A DNA stretch of 64,000 bases from an uncultured Acidobacteriota bacterium (GCA_963818355.1 CAWFSB010000040.1:86649-150648); one strand, 5' to 3'. Counted from the stretch's first letter, positions 20,838 to 31,840 are shown. Numbers and translations are program-made. The notes: generated by a model from the letters alone, not told the origin.

Positions 20838-22085
20838 GGCTCGCCCAGCCAGCCCCGGACGAGCGCCCGCGGGGGCCCGAGCGGCGTCTTCTCCACGGAG
20901 TAGAGCGCGACGCCCTGCCGGCGGTCTCCGTGCGCGTCGAAGCGGATCTTCCCGGTCGCCCCGTCCACCTCGTTGCGGGAGACGGCGTCCCGGAGGCGAC
21001 GGCGCGTCGCGGCCAGTGACGCGTCGAGAGCCGCGTCGGGAAGCGGCCCGAGCGAGCGGAGCCCGGCCGCGATCACCCTCACCGCGTCGTAGGCGAGGAC
21101 GGCGCGGCACCCCGGCGGCTCCTGCCCCTCGGCCGTCTCGTAGCGGCGGTCGAACTCCGGGGCCGGCGAGCACAGCTCCACGTAGTAGGCGTCGCCGGGG
21201 GGGCCGCCCCGCTGGAAAAGGAGCGGGCTCGACCAGGCGTCGCCACCGAGGAGGGTGACGTGCAGCCCCACCTCCACCGCCTGCGCGGCCACCAGCGTCG
21301 CGTCGGGAAAGGAGCCCGGCAGGAACAGCACGTCGGGCCGGAACTCCTTGATCCGGAGGAGCTGCGGGCGGAAGTCGGTCTCGAGGGCGAGATAGAAGAA
21401 CTCGGCCACCACGTGCCCCGCCACGTCGTCGCTGAAGCGGCCGATGAAGCTGCGCGCGAGGCGCTGGCTGTAGGTCCGCCCGACCTCGTAGAGCACGGCC
21501 GCCCGCTTCGCCCCCAGCCGGTCCCGTGCGAATCCGGCGAGCAGCTCGCCCATCACGCCGTCCGAGGCGCACATGCGAAAGACGAACGGCCGGTCGCGCC
21601 CCGTCTGCGGGTCCCACGTGAGGTCGGCCGCGGTGGAGACGTTGGAGATCTGGAGGATGCCGTTCCGCCTCCGCCTCCTCGGCCACCGCGCGCGAGAGCT
21701 CGCTCGAGTTCGCCCCCACGATGGCGAGGGCGCCGTCGCGGGCGGCGAGCGAGGCGGCGCGGCGCGCGTCGACGAAGTAGCTGCCGGTGCGGTACTCCGC
21801 GAGCCGCAGCCTCCGACCGTGGACGCCTCCCTCGCGGTTCACGTCCTCGACCGCGAGGCGCGCGCCCTGCAGCGACTGCAGGCCGGACACCGCGTAGCGG
21901 CCGATGGTGGGGAAGACGGCGGCGATGGGCAGGGCTCCCCCCGCGCGGATCCCGTCGGGGGCGAGCACGACGGGGTCGACCCTGTCCACGGCCACCGCGG
22001 CGGACCGCTCGCCGTTCCCGGAGCGCAGGCACGCGGGGGAGACGAGGGCCAGGAGAAGGACGACGGCCGAGGCCCTCTGCGCCAT
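20834..22085 (-). CDS. type-1 periplasmic (LivK-like) solute-binding lipoprotein (frame break near 21655)
   Basis: The N-terminus is in ORF 18834..22085 (signal LLLALVSPAC, then IAAVFPTIGRYAVSG..GARLAVEDVN). After a 1-nt shift it reads NGILQISNVSTAADLTWDP..FRMCASDGVMG and continues as ORF 20834..21574. Confidence 0.75.
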
Positions 22086-22119
22086 CGAGGGCAGCGTAGC
22101 ACGCCCGCGTGGGCGGCCG

Positions 22120-22947
22120 TCAGAAGAGGCGCAGCTGCCCGTCGGGCCGGCCCGCGGCCGTGCGGGGCGCGGCCACCACGATCCAGCCGGTCCCCTCCGG
22201 GGCGGCGAGCGCCACCTTCACGTCGCGACGGCCCGCCCGCCCGAGCGCCTCCTCCGCGGCCTGCAGCGCGAGCTCCGGGTGGTTGTTCTTCCTCGAGAGG
22301 TGGGCGAGGACGACGTGCCGGCACGCCTCCCCCAGCCCCTTCTCCAGGAGCCGTCCCACGTCGCCGTTCGAGAGGTGCCCGAGCGGCCCGAGGATGCGCT
22401 CCTTGAGCGACCACGGGTACGGCCCGTCGCGGAGCATCGCGGGGTCGTAGTTGGACTCGAGGAGAAAGGCGGCGCAGCCGCGAAGGGCCTCGACGAGGCC
22501 CCGGCTGAGGTGGCCGAGGTCCGTGGCGTGGCCGAAGGACACGGCGCCGGCCGTCGCCACGAAGGCGAGCGGGGAGGCGGCGTCGTGGGGAACGGCGACC
22601 GCCCGCACCGTGAGCCGGCGGATGGTGCGCGTCTCCCCGGGGGCGATGGCCTCCCAGGCCGGCAGCTTCGCCTCGGTGAAGCCGGCCGCCCGGAACGTGC
22701 CGCGCGTGAGCGCCAGCGGCACCCCCCACTTCGCGGAGAAGGCGGCGGCCCCGCGGGCGTGGTCGCCGTGCTCGTGCGAGACGAAGACGGCGTCGAGCGA
22801 GGCGGGGTCGACCCCCGCCGACTGCAGCCGCTCCGCGAGAGACCGTGGCCCCAGGCCGGCGTCGAGCAGCACGCGCGCCCCGCCCCCCTCGACGAGGGTG
22901 GCGTTACCGGCGCTGCCCGAGCCGAGGACGCGAAAGCGCAAGGTCAC
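22120..22947 (-). CDS. MBL-fold metallo-hydrolase
   Basis: ORF 22120..22947, with LGSGSAGNA, FVSHEHGDHARG and an HLS motif. Its GTG start overlaps the upstream stop. Confidence 0.8.
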   Translation of the reverse strand: MTLRFRVLGSGSAGNATLVEGGGARVLLDAGLGPRSLAERLQSAGVDPASLDAVFVSHEHGDHARGAAAFSAKWGVPLALTRGTFRAAGFTEAKLPAWEAIAPGETRTIRRLTVRAVAVPHDAASPLAFVATAGAVSFGHATDLGHLSRGLVEALRGCAAFLLESNYDPAMLRDGPYPWSLKERILGPLGHLSNGDVGRLLEKGLGEACRHVVLAHLSRKNNHPELALQAAEEALGRAGRRDVKVALAAPEGTGWIVVAAPRTAAGRPDGQLRLF

Positions 22948-24200
22948 ACTCGAAGCTCACGCTCGCGCGGGCGCCAGCCCCGGAGGTTGCCGAGGACGCT
23001 CGCGGCGAGCCGGCCGTCGAAGACCTCGGCCGCCACCCGCCGCACGTCCTCTGCGCTCACCGACTCGATGCTCCCGAGGATCTCGTCGACGGCGAACTGC
23101 CGGCCGAAGTAGATCTCCTGCCGGGCGAGGTGGCTCATGCGCGCGCCCGAGCTCTCCAGCGAGAGCACGAGGCCGCCCTTGATGTGGTCCTTCGCCCGAC
23201 GCAGCTCCTCCTCGCCCAGGAGCTCGCCCCGCACGCGCCGGATCTCCTCGAGGGTCAGGCGGATCACCTCGGGCACCGAGTCGAGGCTCGTCCCCGCGTA
23301 GATGGTGACGAGCCCCGCGTCGGAGTAGGCGGTGAGGCCCGAGGAGATGGAGTAGACGAGCCCGCGCTTCTCCCGGACGTTCTGGAACAGGCGCGACGAC
23401 ATCGAGCCGCCGAGGACGGTGTTGAGGACGTAGCAGGCGTAGCGATCGGGGTGCGCCTGCGGGTAGGCCCGGGCCCCGAGGCAGACGTGCACCTGCTCGA
23501 GCTCCTTCTTCGAGCGCGTGACGGTGCGGGTCGCGACCGTGGGGGCGCGGCCGTCTCGCGGCGTGCGGCCGTTGTGCAGGCCCGCGAAGTGCCGGCCCAC
23601 GAGGGCCGACACCGCCCCGTGCTCCAGGTGCCCCGCGGCGGCGATCAGGATGTTCGCGGGGTGGTACACCCGCGCGAAGTAGGACGCGAGGTCCTGGCGC
23701 CGGAAGCGCCCCACCGTGCGCTTGGTTCCGAGAATGGGCCGGCCGAGCGGGTGGCCCGGCCAGAACGCCTCCGCGAAGAGCTCCATGACGAGGTCGTCGG
23801 GAGTGTCCTCGACCATGTTGATCTCTTCGAAGATGACCTTCTTCTCCTTGGCCATCTCCGCGGGGTCGAAGAGCGGGTTGAGGACGACGTCGCCGAGGAT
23901 CTCCACCGCGAGGGGCAGGTGCTCGTCGAGCACCTTGAGGTGGAACGAGGCGTACTCCTTGGCGGTGAAGGCGTCCATGTAGCCGCCGATCGAGTCCACC
24001 TCGGCGGCGATGCGCTCCGCCGAGCGGGTCTTCGTGCCCTTGAAGACCATGTGCTCGATGAAGTGGCTGACGCCGCTCACCTCGTCGGCCTCGTGCCGGC
24101 TTCCCCGCTTGAGCCACACTCCCACCGCCGCGCTGCGGACCCCGGGCATGGACTCGGTGACGAGGGTGAGGCCGTTCGGGAGCGTCTCCTTGACGATCAT
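22944..24200 (-). CDS. M16-family zinc peptidase (pitrilysin-like)
   Basis: ORF 22944..24248. The likely start is ATG 24200 (MIVKETLPNGL). It has the HxxEH motif HFIEHMVFKGT and the downstream EE. An alternative start is GTG 24248. Confidence 0.85.
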   Translation of the reverse strand: MIVKETLPNGLTLVTESMPGVRSAAVGVWLKRGSRHEADEVSGVSHFIEHMVFKGTKTRSAERIAAEVDSIGGYMDAFTAKEYASFHLKVLDEHLPLAVEILGDVVLNPLFDPAEMAKEKKVIFEEINMVEDTPDDLVMELFAEAFWPGHPLGRPILGTKRTVGRFRRQDLASYFARVYHPANILIAAAGHLEHGAVSALVGRHFAGLHNGRTPRDGRAPTVATRTVTRSKKELEQVHVCLGARAYPQAHPDRYACYVLNTVLGGSMSSRLFQNVREKRGLVYSISSGLTAYSDAGLVTIYAGTSLDSVPEVIRLTLEEIRRVRGELLGEEELRRAKDHIKGGLVLSLESSGARMSHLARQEIYFGRQFAVDEILGSIESVSAEDVRRVAAEVFDGRLAASVLGNLRGWRPRERELRV

Positions 24201-24279
24201 TCGGGGGATGCGCCGGCTCGCTCGCCGGCGGAGGTCTGAGACTAGCACATGCTAGACTCGCTCACTTTCGAGCCTGCGA

Positions 24280-24670
24280 ATGAAGGACCAGGACTACCAG
24301 CGCTGGGCGCGGCTCAACCTGCCCCACGCCCGCACGATCGTGCAGCGGATCGGCCGATCGCTCGAGGCCCTGGGGGCCTTCGGCGAAGCCGGAAACGGCC
24401 ACGCCGCGCCGCTCGCCGAGGCCTTCGACGCGGTCGAGCTGCGCTTGCGGGGCTTCGACGAGGACCCCCCGGCCGAGGAGGCGCTCGTGGCCGCGGACGA
24501 GGCGGCCGCCCTCGCCCGGGCCCTGGTCGACGGCGATCCTCGCGACTCCCGTCCGCGGCGACCGCCTCGGCCAGCACGTGCGGAACCTCTTCGAGTGCCT
24601 CGGCCTGCCGGAAGAAGGCGCCCGGCAGTCGCTGCTCTGCGGCGAGAAGCCCGACTCGCCGCTGCGGTAG
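24280..24670 (+). CDS. hypothetical protein (possible frame break near 24535)
   Basis: ATG 24280 reads MKDQDYQRWARLNLPHARTIVQRIG... The plausible continuation ..ILATPVRGDRLGQHVRNLFECLGLPEEGARQSLLCGEKPDSPLR* lies in the +1 frame. I recognise no family. Confidence 0.25.
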
Positions 24671-24675
24671 CGACT

Positions 24676-25785
24676 TCAGGGGCCGGCGAACTTCAGGACG
24701 TCCGGGAGGAGCGACTCCGCCGCCCGTCGGTGGGCCACCTCGTTCGGGTGGTGGTCGACCGGGTGCACCCAGAAGTCGGTGGTGCTCTGCCCCTGGAAGA
24801 CGGGCAGCAGGTCGTGGTGCGGGATCCGCGCGCCCGTGCAGAAGCCGAGGATGGCCTCGTGCACCGGCGTGAACGGATAGCCACGCTCGAGGCCGATGAA
24901 GAGAGGCCAGGGCGCGACGAGCAGGCGAGCCCCCTTCTGGTTGAGCCTTCGCTTCATCTCGCGCAGGTACTCCTGCGTCCTCTCCCACCCCTCGCGGTTC
25001 GCATCGCTCCACATGTCCAGGTACCAGCGCGTCGTCTCGCGGCCCGTGAAAAAGGCCGCCACGCGGTCCGAGACGAAATCGAAGACCCGGGGGCGCACGA
25101 AGGACGTCGGGGCGTCGGGGTCGTCGGGCGCGTTCGTCCGGTCGAGGATCCAGTCGTTCAGGTAGGTCTGCCGCGCGCGGAAACCCGGGGGCTGAACCGC
25201 GTCGTTCAGGGTCAGGGTGTAGACCACGAGGTCGGGCTCGTAGGGGAGCACGTCGTCGAAAGCCTCGTAGATCTCCGGGAAGTCCGTCCCCCGGCGGCCG
25301 CAGTTGCGCACCTCGTAACGGCCCGGCGCCCGCTCCTCCAGAAGGTGGGCCAGCACCCGGGCGAGGGTATCCGCCTCCTGGACCCCCTGCCCCTCGGCGA
25401 AGGAGTCGCCGAGGATGACGACGCGGCGCACGCCGGGCGGCTTGGGGCCGAGCGGTGCGTCGCGGAAGCGAAGGGCGTTGTAGCGGGACTCGACCGCCCA
25501 GGGGTGGTGGCGGGCCATGGCGTCGAAGCGGCCGGGGGCGAGGCGGCGGTAGCGCGCGTCGTTCTCCGGGAGGCGCAGGTCGATGTCGAAGGTGCCGCGC
25601 GGGTTCGAAGGGAAGCAGTCGAGGAGCGTCGTCCACCGGGCGTCCACCATCCGCCGCACGGCACGCTCCCTCTCCGGCACGAAGCCGGTGAGGCGGAGCG
25701 CGGACTCGAGGACGAGAAGCACGAGGGACACGGACCCCACGACGAGGGCCGCGGATCCCAGGGCGGCTCGCCAGCGCGGGCTCAT
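24676..25785 (-). CDS. SGNH/GDSL hydrolase with N-terminal membrane anchor
   Basis: C-terminal 369 aa of ORF 24676..26772, starting at ATG 25785. It has the TM LGSAALVVGSVSLVLLVL and blocks VVILGDSFAEG, NCGRRG, TLTLND and DHHPN. Confidence 0.7.
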   Translation of the reverse strand: MSPRWRAALGSAALVVGSVSLVLLVLESALRLTGFVPERERAVRRMVDARWTTLLDCFPSNPRGTFDIDLRLPENDARYRRLAPGRFDAMARHHPWAVESRYNALRFRDAPLGPKPPGVRRVVILGDSFAEGQGVQEADTLARVLAHLLEERAPGRYEVRNCGRRGTDFPEIYEAFDDVLPYEPDLVVYTLTLNDAVQPPGFRARQTYLNDWILDRTNAPDDPDAPTSFVRPRVFDFVSDRVAAFFTGRETTRWYLDMWSDANREGWERTQEYLREMKRRLNQKGARLLVAPWPLFIGLERGYPFTPVHEAILGFCTGARIPHHDLLPVFQGQSTTDFWVHPVDHHPNEVAHRRAAESLLPDVLKFAGP

Positions 25786-27482
25786 GGGACGACCGTTTCC
25801 TTCGCCGGCGAGGCGCCCGTCTCCGGCCAGGTGAAGTCGGCGCGGTAGACCCGGATCGACCAGCCGACCCGGCCGATGGGCTCGAGCGCTCGCAGTCGCG
25901 CCATGAGGCGCCGGTCCTCGGGCTCGAGGTAGACCCCCTGCAGGTTCGTAGCGCTCACCGCCACGATGTCCCCGGGCTGGATCTCGCGAGTGATGCGCGG
26001 GGCGTGGGGAGACGTGTACCCCGGCAGCGCCTCCGCGTCGATCCCGTGGTACCACGGGTCCGCGCTGCCGAAGTAGGAGAGCTTGACGCCCTTGACGCCG
26101 TTCTCGCGCATCCAGGTGGCCAGCCGCTTCAGGTCCTGCCCCCAGTCGAGGTTGGAGTCCACGAGAAGCCGCCAGCCGCTGGCCGGCCCGCCGGCGATCT
26201 CGTTGAAGTAGGCCAGGTGGTGCGGGTGCTGGCGCAGCGTGCCGCCCGCGTACCAGAGCCCGAGCCCGGCCACGAGCGCGAGGCCGGCGGGCCGCCGCCA
26301 CGACCACAGCCGTGCCGCCGCCTCGCCCGCCGCCACGAAGAGGAACGGGTAGAGGGGGAGGAGGTGGCGGTGACCGATCTGCAGGCCGCGGGTGGTGGTG
26401 AAGGCGGCGTAGACGAGGACCGGCAGCCACAGGAACGCGGCCTCGCGACGAGGGAGCCGGCCGATCCGGACGAGCGCGAGGGCGGTGAGGAGGAGCAGGG
26501 GAACGGGCGTCTTCAGCAGGAACGTGACGAGGAAGTAGTGCGGAAAGCCGCGATCCGAGAGCTCGCCGAGCAGGAACGTCGAGCGCGCCTCCGAGTGCGC
26601 CGTCACGAAGAGGGCCCCTCGCGCGTAGTCTTCCGGGACGAGGCCGAGGTTCCCCGCGGCCGCGATCGCGCGCGGCAGCAGGCCCGCGGCGGGCGCCTCG
26701 AGCGGCGCACGCTGGGCCGTGCGGACGGCCGGGTCGGGCGAGAGGGCGTAGTGGAAGCCGTAGGAGGCCCACACGACGACGAGCGCCAGCGCGCCCACCG
26801 CGACGAGGGGGGCGGCGAGCCGGCGCGCGCGGCTACCGGCGAGACCCAGGAGCAGGAGCACGGGGACGAGGATCGGGGCGGAGAACTTCGTGGCGAAGGT
26901 GGCGCCGGCGGCGAGGCCGGCGAGGACGACGCGGCGGGGTGTCGCCTCCTCGACGACGCGCGAGAACGCCGCGACCGAGAGGAAGAAGAAGAGGGCGAAG
27001 GCGAGGTCCGTGGTGACGAGGGCGCCGTGAGCGAGGACGTCGGGCGAGAGTGCGGCGAGGCCGAGCGACGCCGCGGCCGCGGCATCGCCGAACCGGCGCC
27101 GGGCCTCCAGGAAGACGGCGACGACGAGGCAGGAGGCGAGGGCCACGATCGGCAGGCGTCCGAGGAAGAGCAGGCGGTCGGCGTCGTTCCAGCGGTAGAG
27201 GAAGCTCCGCCCGAACTCCCACTGGCGGGCTTCCAGCCAGGACCGGGCGTCTTCCTTCAGGACCGGCCGCACCGCGAGGAGCGGCGCCGCGGCCAGGAGC
27301 TTCGCGAGCGGCGGCTGCTCCGGGTTCAGGCGGTGGTCGCCGAGGACGAGGTGGGTGTAGCCCGCCGGCAGGTGAGCGCCCTCGTCGAAGGTGGCCGAGC
27401 TCCCGCGCATGGCGTGGATGGCGAGGCCGGCCTGGAGGGCCACGGCGGCGGCCACGAGCGCGACGGACGTGCTCCGGCTCAT
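25782..27482 (-). CDS. GT-C glycosyltransferase, family 39 (ArnT/PMT-like)
   Basis: C-terminal 566 aa of ORF 25782..27779, starting at ATG 27482. It has at least 10 TM segments, FDEGAHLPAGY in the first loop, and a C-terminal soluble domain. It makes 4-nt overlaps with both neighbours. Confidence 0.8.
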   Translation of the reverse strand: MSRSTSVALVAAAVALQAGLAIHAMRGSSATFDEGAHLPAGYTHLVLGDHRLNPEQPPLAKLLAAAPLLAVRPVLKEDARSWLEARQWEFGRSFLYRWNDADRLLFLGRLPIVALASCLVVAVFLEARRRFGDAAAAASLGLAALSPDVLAHGALVTTDLAFALFFFLSVAAFSRVVEEATPRRVVLAGLAAGATFATKFSAPILVPVLLLLGLAGSRARRLAAPLVAVGALALVVVWASYGFHYALSPDPAVRTAQRAPLEAPAAGLLPRAIAAAGNLGLVPEDYARGALFVTAHSEARSTFLLGELSDRGFPHYFLVTFLLKTPVPLLLLTALALVRIGRLPRREAAFLWLPVLVYAAFTTTRGLQIGHRHLLPLYPFLFVAAGEAAARLWSWRRPAGLALVAGLGLWYAGGTLRQHPHHLAYFNEIAGGPASGWRLLVDSNLDWGQDLKRLATWMRENGVKGVKLSYFGSADPWYHGIDAEALPGYTSPHAPRITREIQPGDIVAVSATNLQGVYLEPEDRRLMARLRALEPIGRVGWSIRVYRADFTWPETGASPAKETVVP

Positions 27483-28456
27483 GGGCGCGGCGCACCCGGG
27501 GCCGGGCGCGGCACCACCTCGTCCACCGCCTGCGCGATCGCCCGCGCGGCGATCCGGTGGGCGATCTCGTTCGGATGCTCGTCGTCGGCGCCGTTCACCA
27601 CGAGCAGGGCCCCGTCGAGCCCGCGGAAGACGGGCAGGAGGTCCACCACCCTGGCGCCCGCCTCCGCCGCGGCCTGCGCGACCTTCGCGTGGACGTCCGC
27701 GAAGGGGTAGCGGTCGTCGAGCGGGTTCCCGAATAGCGGGAAGATGGCCACGACGAGGGGCACGCCCCGCGCCCGGCACATCCCCCCCATTGCCTTGAGG
27801 GCCCGCCGGCCGGCCGTCCAGCCCGCGTACTCGTCGGCGTACATCGAGCGGAAGCCCTCGATGCGTCGGCGGTTCTCGACCGTGGCCCGGACCCGCGTCC
27901 GCACGAGGCGGGCGAGCGCCGAGCGGTCGAGGAGCGACACCGACGGGCCGCGGCGCTCGTCCTCCACCCAGTCCGCGGCCCGGCGCGCCTCGGCGGCCGT
28001 CTCGTCCTCGCTGTCGTTGAGCACGTAGGCCACGATCACGACGTCCGGCTCGTAAGCGAGGCCCTCGGAGGCGAGCCGGCTCGCCTCCTGGACGGCGTTG
28101 AGGCCCGGCTCGGCGAGGTTCACGACCTCCCAGCGCTCGCCGCGCTCGCGGGAGAGCGTGCGCTCCACTCTCTGCGGCCAGGCGTCGTCGAAGAGAACAC
28201 TCACGCCCCAGGTGAACGAGTCGCCGATGCCGACCGCGCGCCGTACGCCATCCGGCTTCGGGACGGCGCGCTCGAGGTCACGATAGCCTTTCGAGTTGAT
28301 CGGCCGGCGGTCCCGCCGATCGGTGCGCACGGGGGCATACCCGGTCCCCTGGCCACCGGGCAGCAGGAGACGCACCGCCGCCTCGGCGACCAGGAGCGCG
28401 ACGAGCAGCGAGACGGCGGCGAGGGCGATCTCGCCCCCGCGGGAGGCCCGGGCCAT
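27479..28456 (-). CDS. SGNH/GDSL hydrolase with N-terminal membrane anchor (second copy)
   Basis: C-terminal 325 aa of ORF 27479..28741, starting at ATG 28456. It has blocks AVGIGDSFTWG, NLAEPG, AYVLNDS and DDEHPN. Confidence 0.7.
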   Translation of the reverse strand: MARASRGGEIALAAVSLLVALLVAEAAVRLLLPGGQGTGYAPVRTDRRDRRPINSKGYRDLERAVPKPDGVRRAVGIGDSFTWGVSVLFDDAWPQRVERTLSRERGERWEVVNLAEPGLNAVQEASRLASEGLAYEPDVVIVAYVLNDSEDETAAEARRAADWVEDERRGPSVSLLDRSALARLVRTRVRATVENRRRIEGFRSMYADEYAGWTAGRRALKAMGGMCRARGVPLVVAIFPLFGNPLDDRYPFADVHAKVAQAAAEAGARVVDLLPVFRGLDGALLVVNGADDEHPNEIAHRIAARAIAQAVDEVVPRPAPGAPRP

Positions 28457-28526
28457 CGGGCCATCATAATGCGACGGCGGCGGCGGTCGGGCCCGGCTGA
28501 GTGGCGTGCTATGCTCCAAAGGCCCC

Positions 28527-29992
28527 ATGCCGCCGCGTCCGACCGCCCGCTTCGTGCTGTGTCCTGCGCGGATCGCGGGCGGGGTGTGGCTCGCCTGCCT
28601 CCTCCTGCGGGCGCCGGACGCGTTCGCCCAGCTGGAGGTGGACCGGATCGACATCACGGGTCGGCAGAACCTCACCCTCGGCTCGGGGGCCCGCGCGTAC
28701 GGGATGGGCGGCGCCTTTCTGGCCCGCGCCGACGACGCCACCGCGGCCTCCTGGAACCCGGCTGGCCTCAGCTACCTGCGGGTCCCGGAGCTGTCGCTCG
28801 TCGGGGTGTCGAACTCGTTCGACGTCACGCGGGGCCTGAGCAGCGACAGCTTCCAGGGGCAAGCGGTCGACTTCGCCGCCTTCACCTGGCCGGTCGGCCT
28901 GGGCGACGTGAGGGGCGCGGTCCAGCTGAGCTACCAGCGGGCCATCTCCTTCGACGGCTCGCGCCGGATCGAGCTGTACAACCAGACGACGGGCCTCCTC
29001 GAGCAGATCGAGGACGGGAGCAGCAACGGCGGGTTCGACGTGGTCGCGGTCGGGACGGGCCTTCGCCTCAGCCGGCACGTCCGCGCCGGGTTCACGGCGA
29101 ACCGCTGGCTCAACGGTTACGATCAGACCCTGTCGCGCACGATCCTGAAGGACAACCAGCACCCGCTCCGCGAGTTCGGCCTCGACTTCCGCCCGAGCGG
29201 GTGGAGCTTCAACCTCGGCCTGATCGTCTCGCCGCTCGAGCAGCTCAACGTGGCCGCGGTCTACAAGACACCGTTCACCGCCGACGTGAGCCTGGACAAA
29301 TCGCGCCGCGACTCGTGGGGCACGATCAGCGACATCGACGAGGTCACGACCAACGCGGCCTCCAGCGAAGCGGTCCGGCTCGACTTCCCCTCGTCGTACG
29401 GGTTCGGCCTCTCCTGGCGGCCGCGGGACGCGCTGACCCTCTCGGCGGACTTCACGCGCACGCACTGGTCCGACGCCCGGATCCTGGACTACTTCGAGCT
29501 CGCCGCGACCCAGCCGAGCGACGACGGGGTTCCCGCAGTGCCCCCGAAGCCGGTGGTGTATCCCGAGCGACAGTACCCCACCCTGCGTCCCGTCGCCGAC
29601 CCGAGCGACCCCAACGACCCGTTGAGGCTGCAGGGCCAGCAGGACGCGGAGCAGTTCCGCGTCGGTGTCGAGTGGGTGCTGATCCGGGGCGGGCTCAAGG
29701 TCCCGCTGCGCGCCGGGTACTTCAACGACCGCCAGATCGAGCCCGTTCTCGGGGGGTACCCGCCCCGCTTCAACGGGTTCACCGGAGGCACCGGCCTGAT
29801 CCTCGGCTCGATGCTGTTCGACGTGGCGTACGTCTACGAGTTCGGCGAGTACTCCGTCGCCGCCCAGGCCACGACCGAGCGGTGAGTTCGACGTGCCCCC
29901 GACCCCGCAGCCAGCCGCTGCGCTACGCCGTGACGACGCACCGCTTCTACGCCTCGGTCATCTACCGTTTCAGCGGGCGCTGGCGGCCCTGA
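28527..29992 (+). CDS. outer-membrane beta-barrel protein (PorV/FadL-like) (frame break near 29880)
   Basis: ORF 28506..29885. It has a signal ending AFA|Q and the motif GARAYGMGGAFLARADDATAASWNPAGL. After the break, the frame of ORF 28469..29992 gives a beta-strand terminus ..LRYAVTTHRFYASVIYRF. Its stop overlaps the next ATG (TGATG). Confidence 0.65.
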
Positions 29993-31840
29993 TGGGCGGC
30001 GACCGGCCGCCGCTCGCTTCCGTCGACACGGTGCGCGAGGAGCTGCGGCGCCTCGGCTACCTCGACAGCTCGCTCGACCGCTTCGTCCTCGGCGGCGCGG
30101 GCGGGACGACCCCGGTGCGAGCCTCGCTCCGCGCGGCTGTGCGCGTCGGCCTCGTGGGCGGTGTCCTCTTCGGGGTGGCGGCGACCCTCGCGGCGGCAGG
30201 CCTCGACCGGCGGCTCCTCGCCGAGCCGCAGGACCTGCTGGTCCTGGCCGTCTACCTCGTCGTCGCCTTCGCCCTCTTGACGGGCCTCGTCGCTCTTGCC
30301 GGCGGCCTCCTCGCCGCCTGGGCGCGGGGAATCGGGCGCGAGCCGGGGGCCGGCCTGGCGCGCCGCGTCGGCCTCGGGATGGCGCTCCTCGCCGCGGCCT
30401 ACGTCGCCTTGTGGTGGCGGTCGCACCTCGTGGGCGCGCCCGTCCTCGGCCAGGCGGCCGCGCTCGCCCTCGGCCTCCTGCTGAGCCTGGCCCTCGGCCG
30501 TTTCGCCTCCCTCGCCGCCGTGGCCGTCGTCTCGGCGGGCGGAGCCTCCGCGCACCTGCCGCCCGCGAGCCTCTCGCGTCGGCGCGTCCTGCCGCTCGTC
30601 CTCGGCGCCGCCGCGCTCTTCGCCGGCGTCGTGGCGGTGGCGCCGCGGCTCTCGGGCCCGACGGGCGCGACGGCCCCCGACTACGCGGTCGTGCCCACCG
30701 GCCTGCGCGTGCGCGTCCTCGCGATCGACGGCCTGGAGCGCCGCATGGCCGAGCACCTCGTCGCCGGCGGCGAGATGCCGGCCCTCGGCGCCCTCCTGGC
30801 CACGGGGGCCCGCGCGCGGCTCACCGCCGAGCCGGAGCGCGTGCCCGCCATCGTGTGGACGACGATCGCCACCGGGCGCGGCCCCGAGGCGCACGGGATC
30901 CAGGCCGCGGACACGCGCCGGATCACGGGCCTGCGGACGCCGGTGAGCCTCGACGCCGAGCGGAGCCCGTTCACCTCCGCCCTCGGCGCCGCGACCGACC
31001 TGCTGCGCCTCACCCGGCCGCAGCCCCCGAGCGCCGTCCTGCGCAGCGTCAAGACGTTCTGGAACGTGGCCTCGGAGAAGGGCCTGCGGGTCGGCGTCGT
31101 CAACTGGTGGGCCACCTGGCCGGCGGACGCGGTGAACGGCTGGATCGTCACCGACCGGGCCGCCTTCAAGCTGGAGAAGGGCGGATCGCCCGACCGCGAG
31201 GTGTACCCCGCCGAGGCCTTCGATCGACTGCGGCCGTTGCTCGACGCGTCCGAGCCGGACCGCGCCCGCCGTCTCGACCGCTTTCACCTCGCGGCTACCC
31301 GCGCCCTGCGCGCGGACGCGCCGCCGGACCTCGAGGCGCTCTACCTCTCCGGGCTCGACATCTTCACCATGCAGCAGCTGGGCGAGGCGCCGGCGAGCGA
31401 CCTCGCCGGCCTCGACTCCAAGCTCGCCGCGGTGCGCGACCAGTACCGCTTCGTGGACGGTCTCATCGCCGAGGTCGTGGCGGGGCTGGGGCCGAACGAC
31501 GTGCTGGTGCTCGTCGGCGACCCCGGCCGCCTCGCGCGCGGCGGCACGGTGGCGGCCGAGGGGCTCCTCGTTCTCTCCGGGGCCCCGGTGGCGCCGGGCG
31601 ACCTCGGAGCGGTCTCGGAGCGCGACGTCGCCCCGACCGTGCTGCACCTGCTCGGCCTGCCGAAGAGCCGCGAGCTCGAAGGCCGCGTGCTCGAGGCGGC
31701 GCTCTCCGAACTCATTCCGCCGCGACCACCCGGTGCGCCTCGTCGACTCCTACGGCCGCCGCCCAACGTCACGCGCGGCCCAGAGCGACTTCGACCAGGA
31801 CGTCCTCGAGCAGCTCAAGAGCCTCGGCTACATCCAGTAA
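29992..31840 (+). CDS. multi-TM protein with alkaline-phosphatase-superfamily (type I phosphodiesterase/nucleotide pyrophosphatase) ectodomain (frame break near 31715)
   Basis: ATG 29992 lies within ORF 29893..31980. It has 5-6 TM helices, then VLAIDGLE and IVWTTIATGRGPEAHGI. The C-terminus is restored in the +1 frame: FRRDHPVRLVDSYG..DFDQDVLEQLKSLGYIQ*. Confidence 0.75.
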
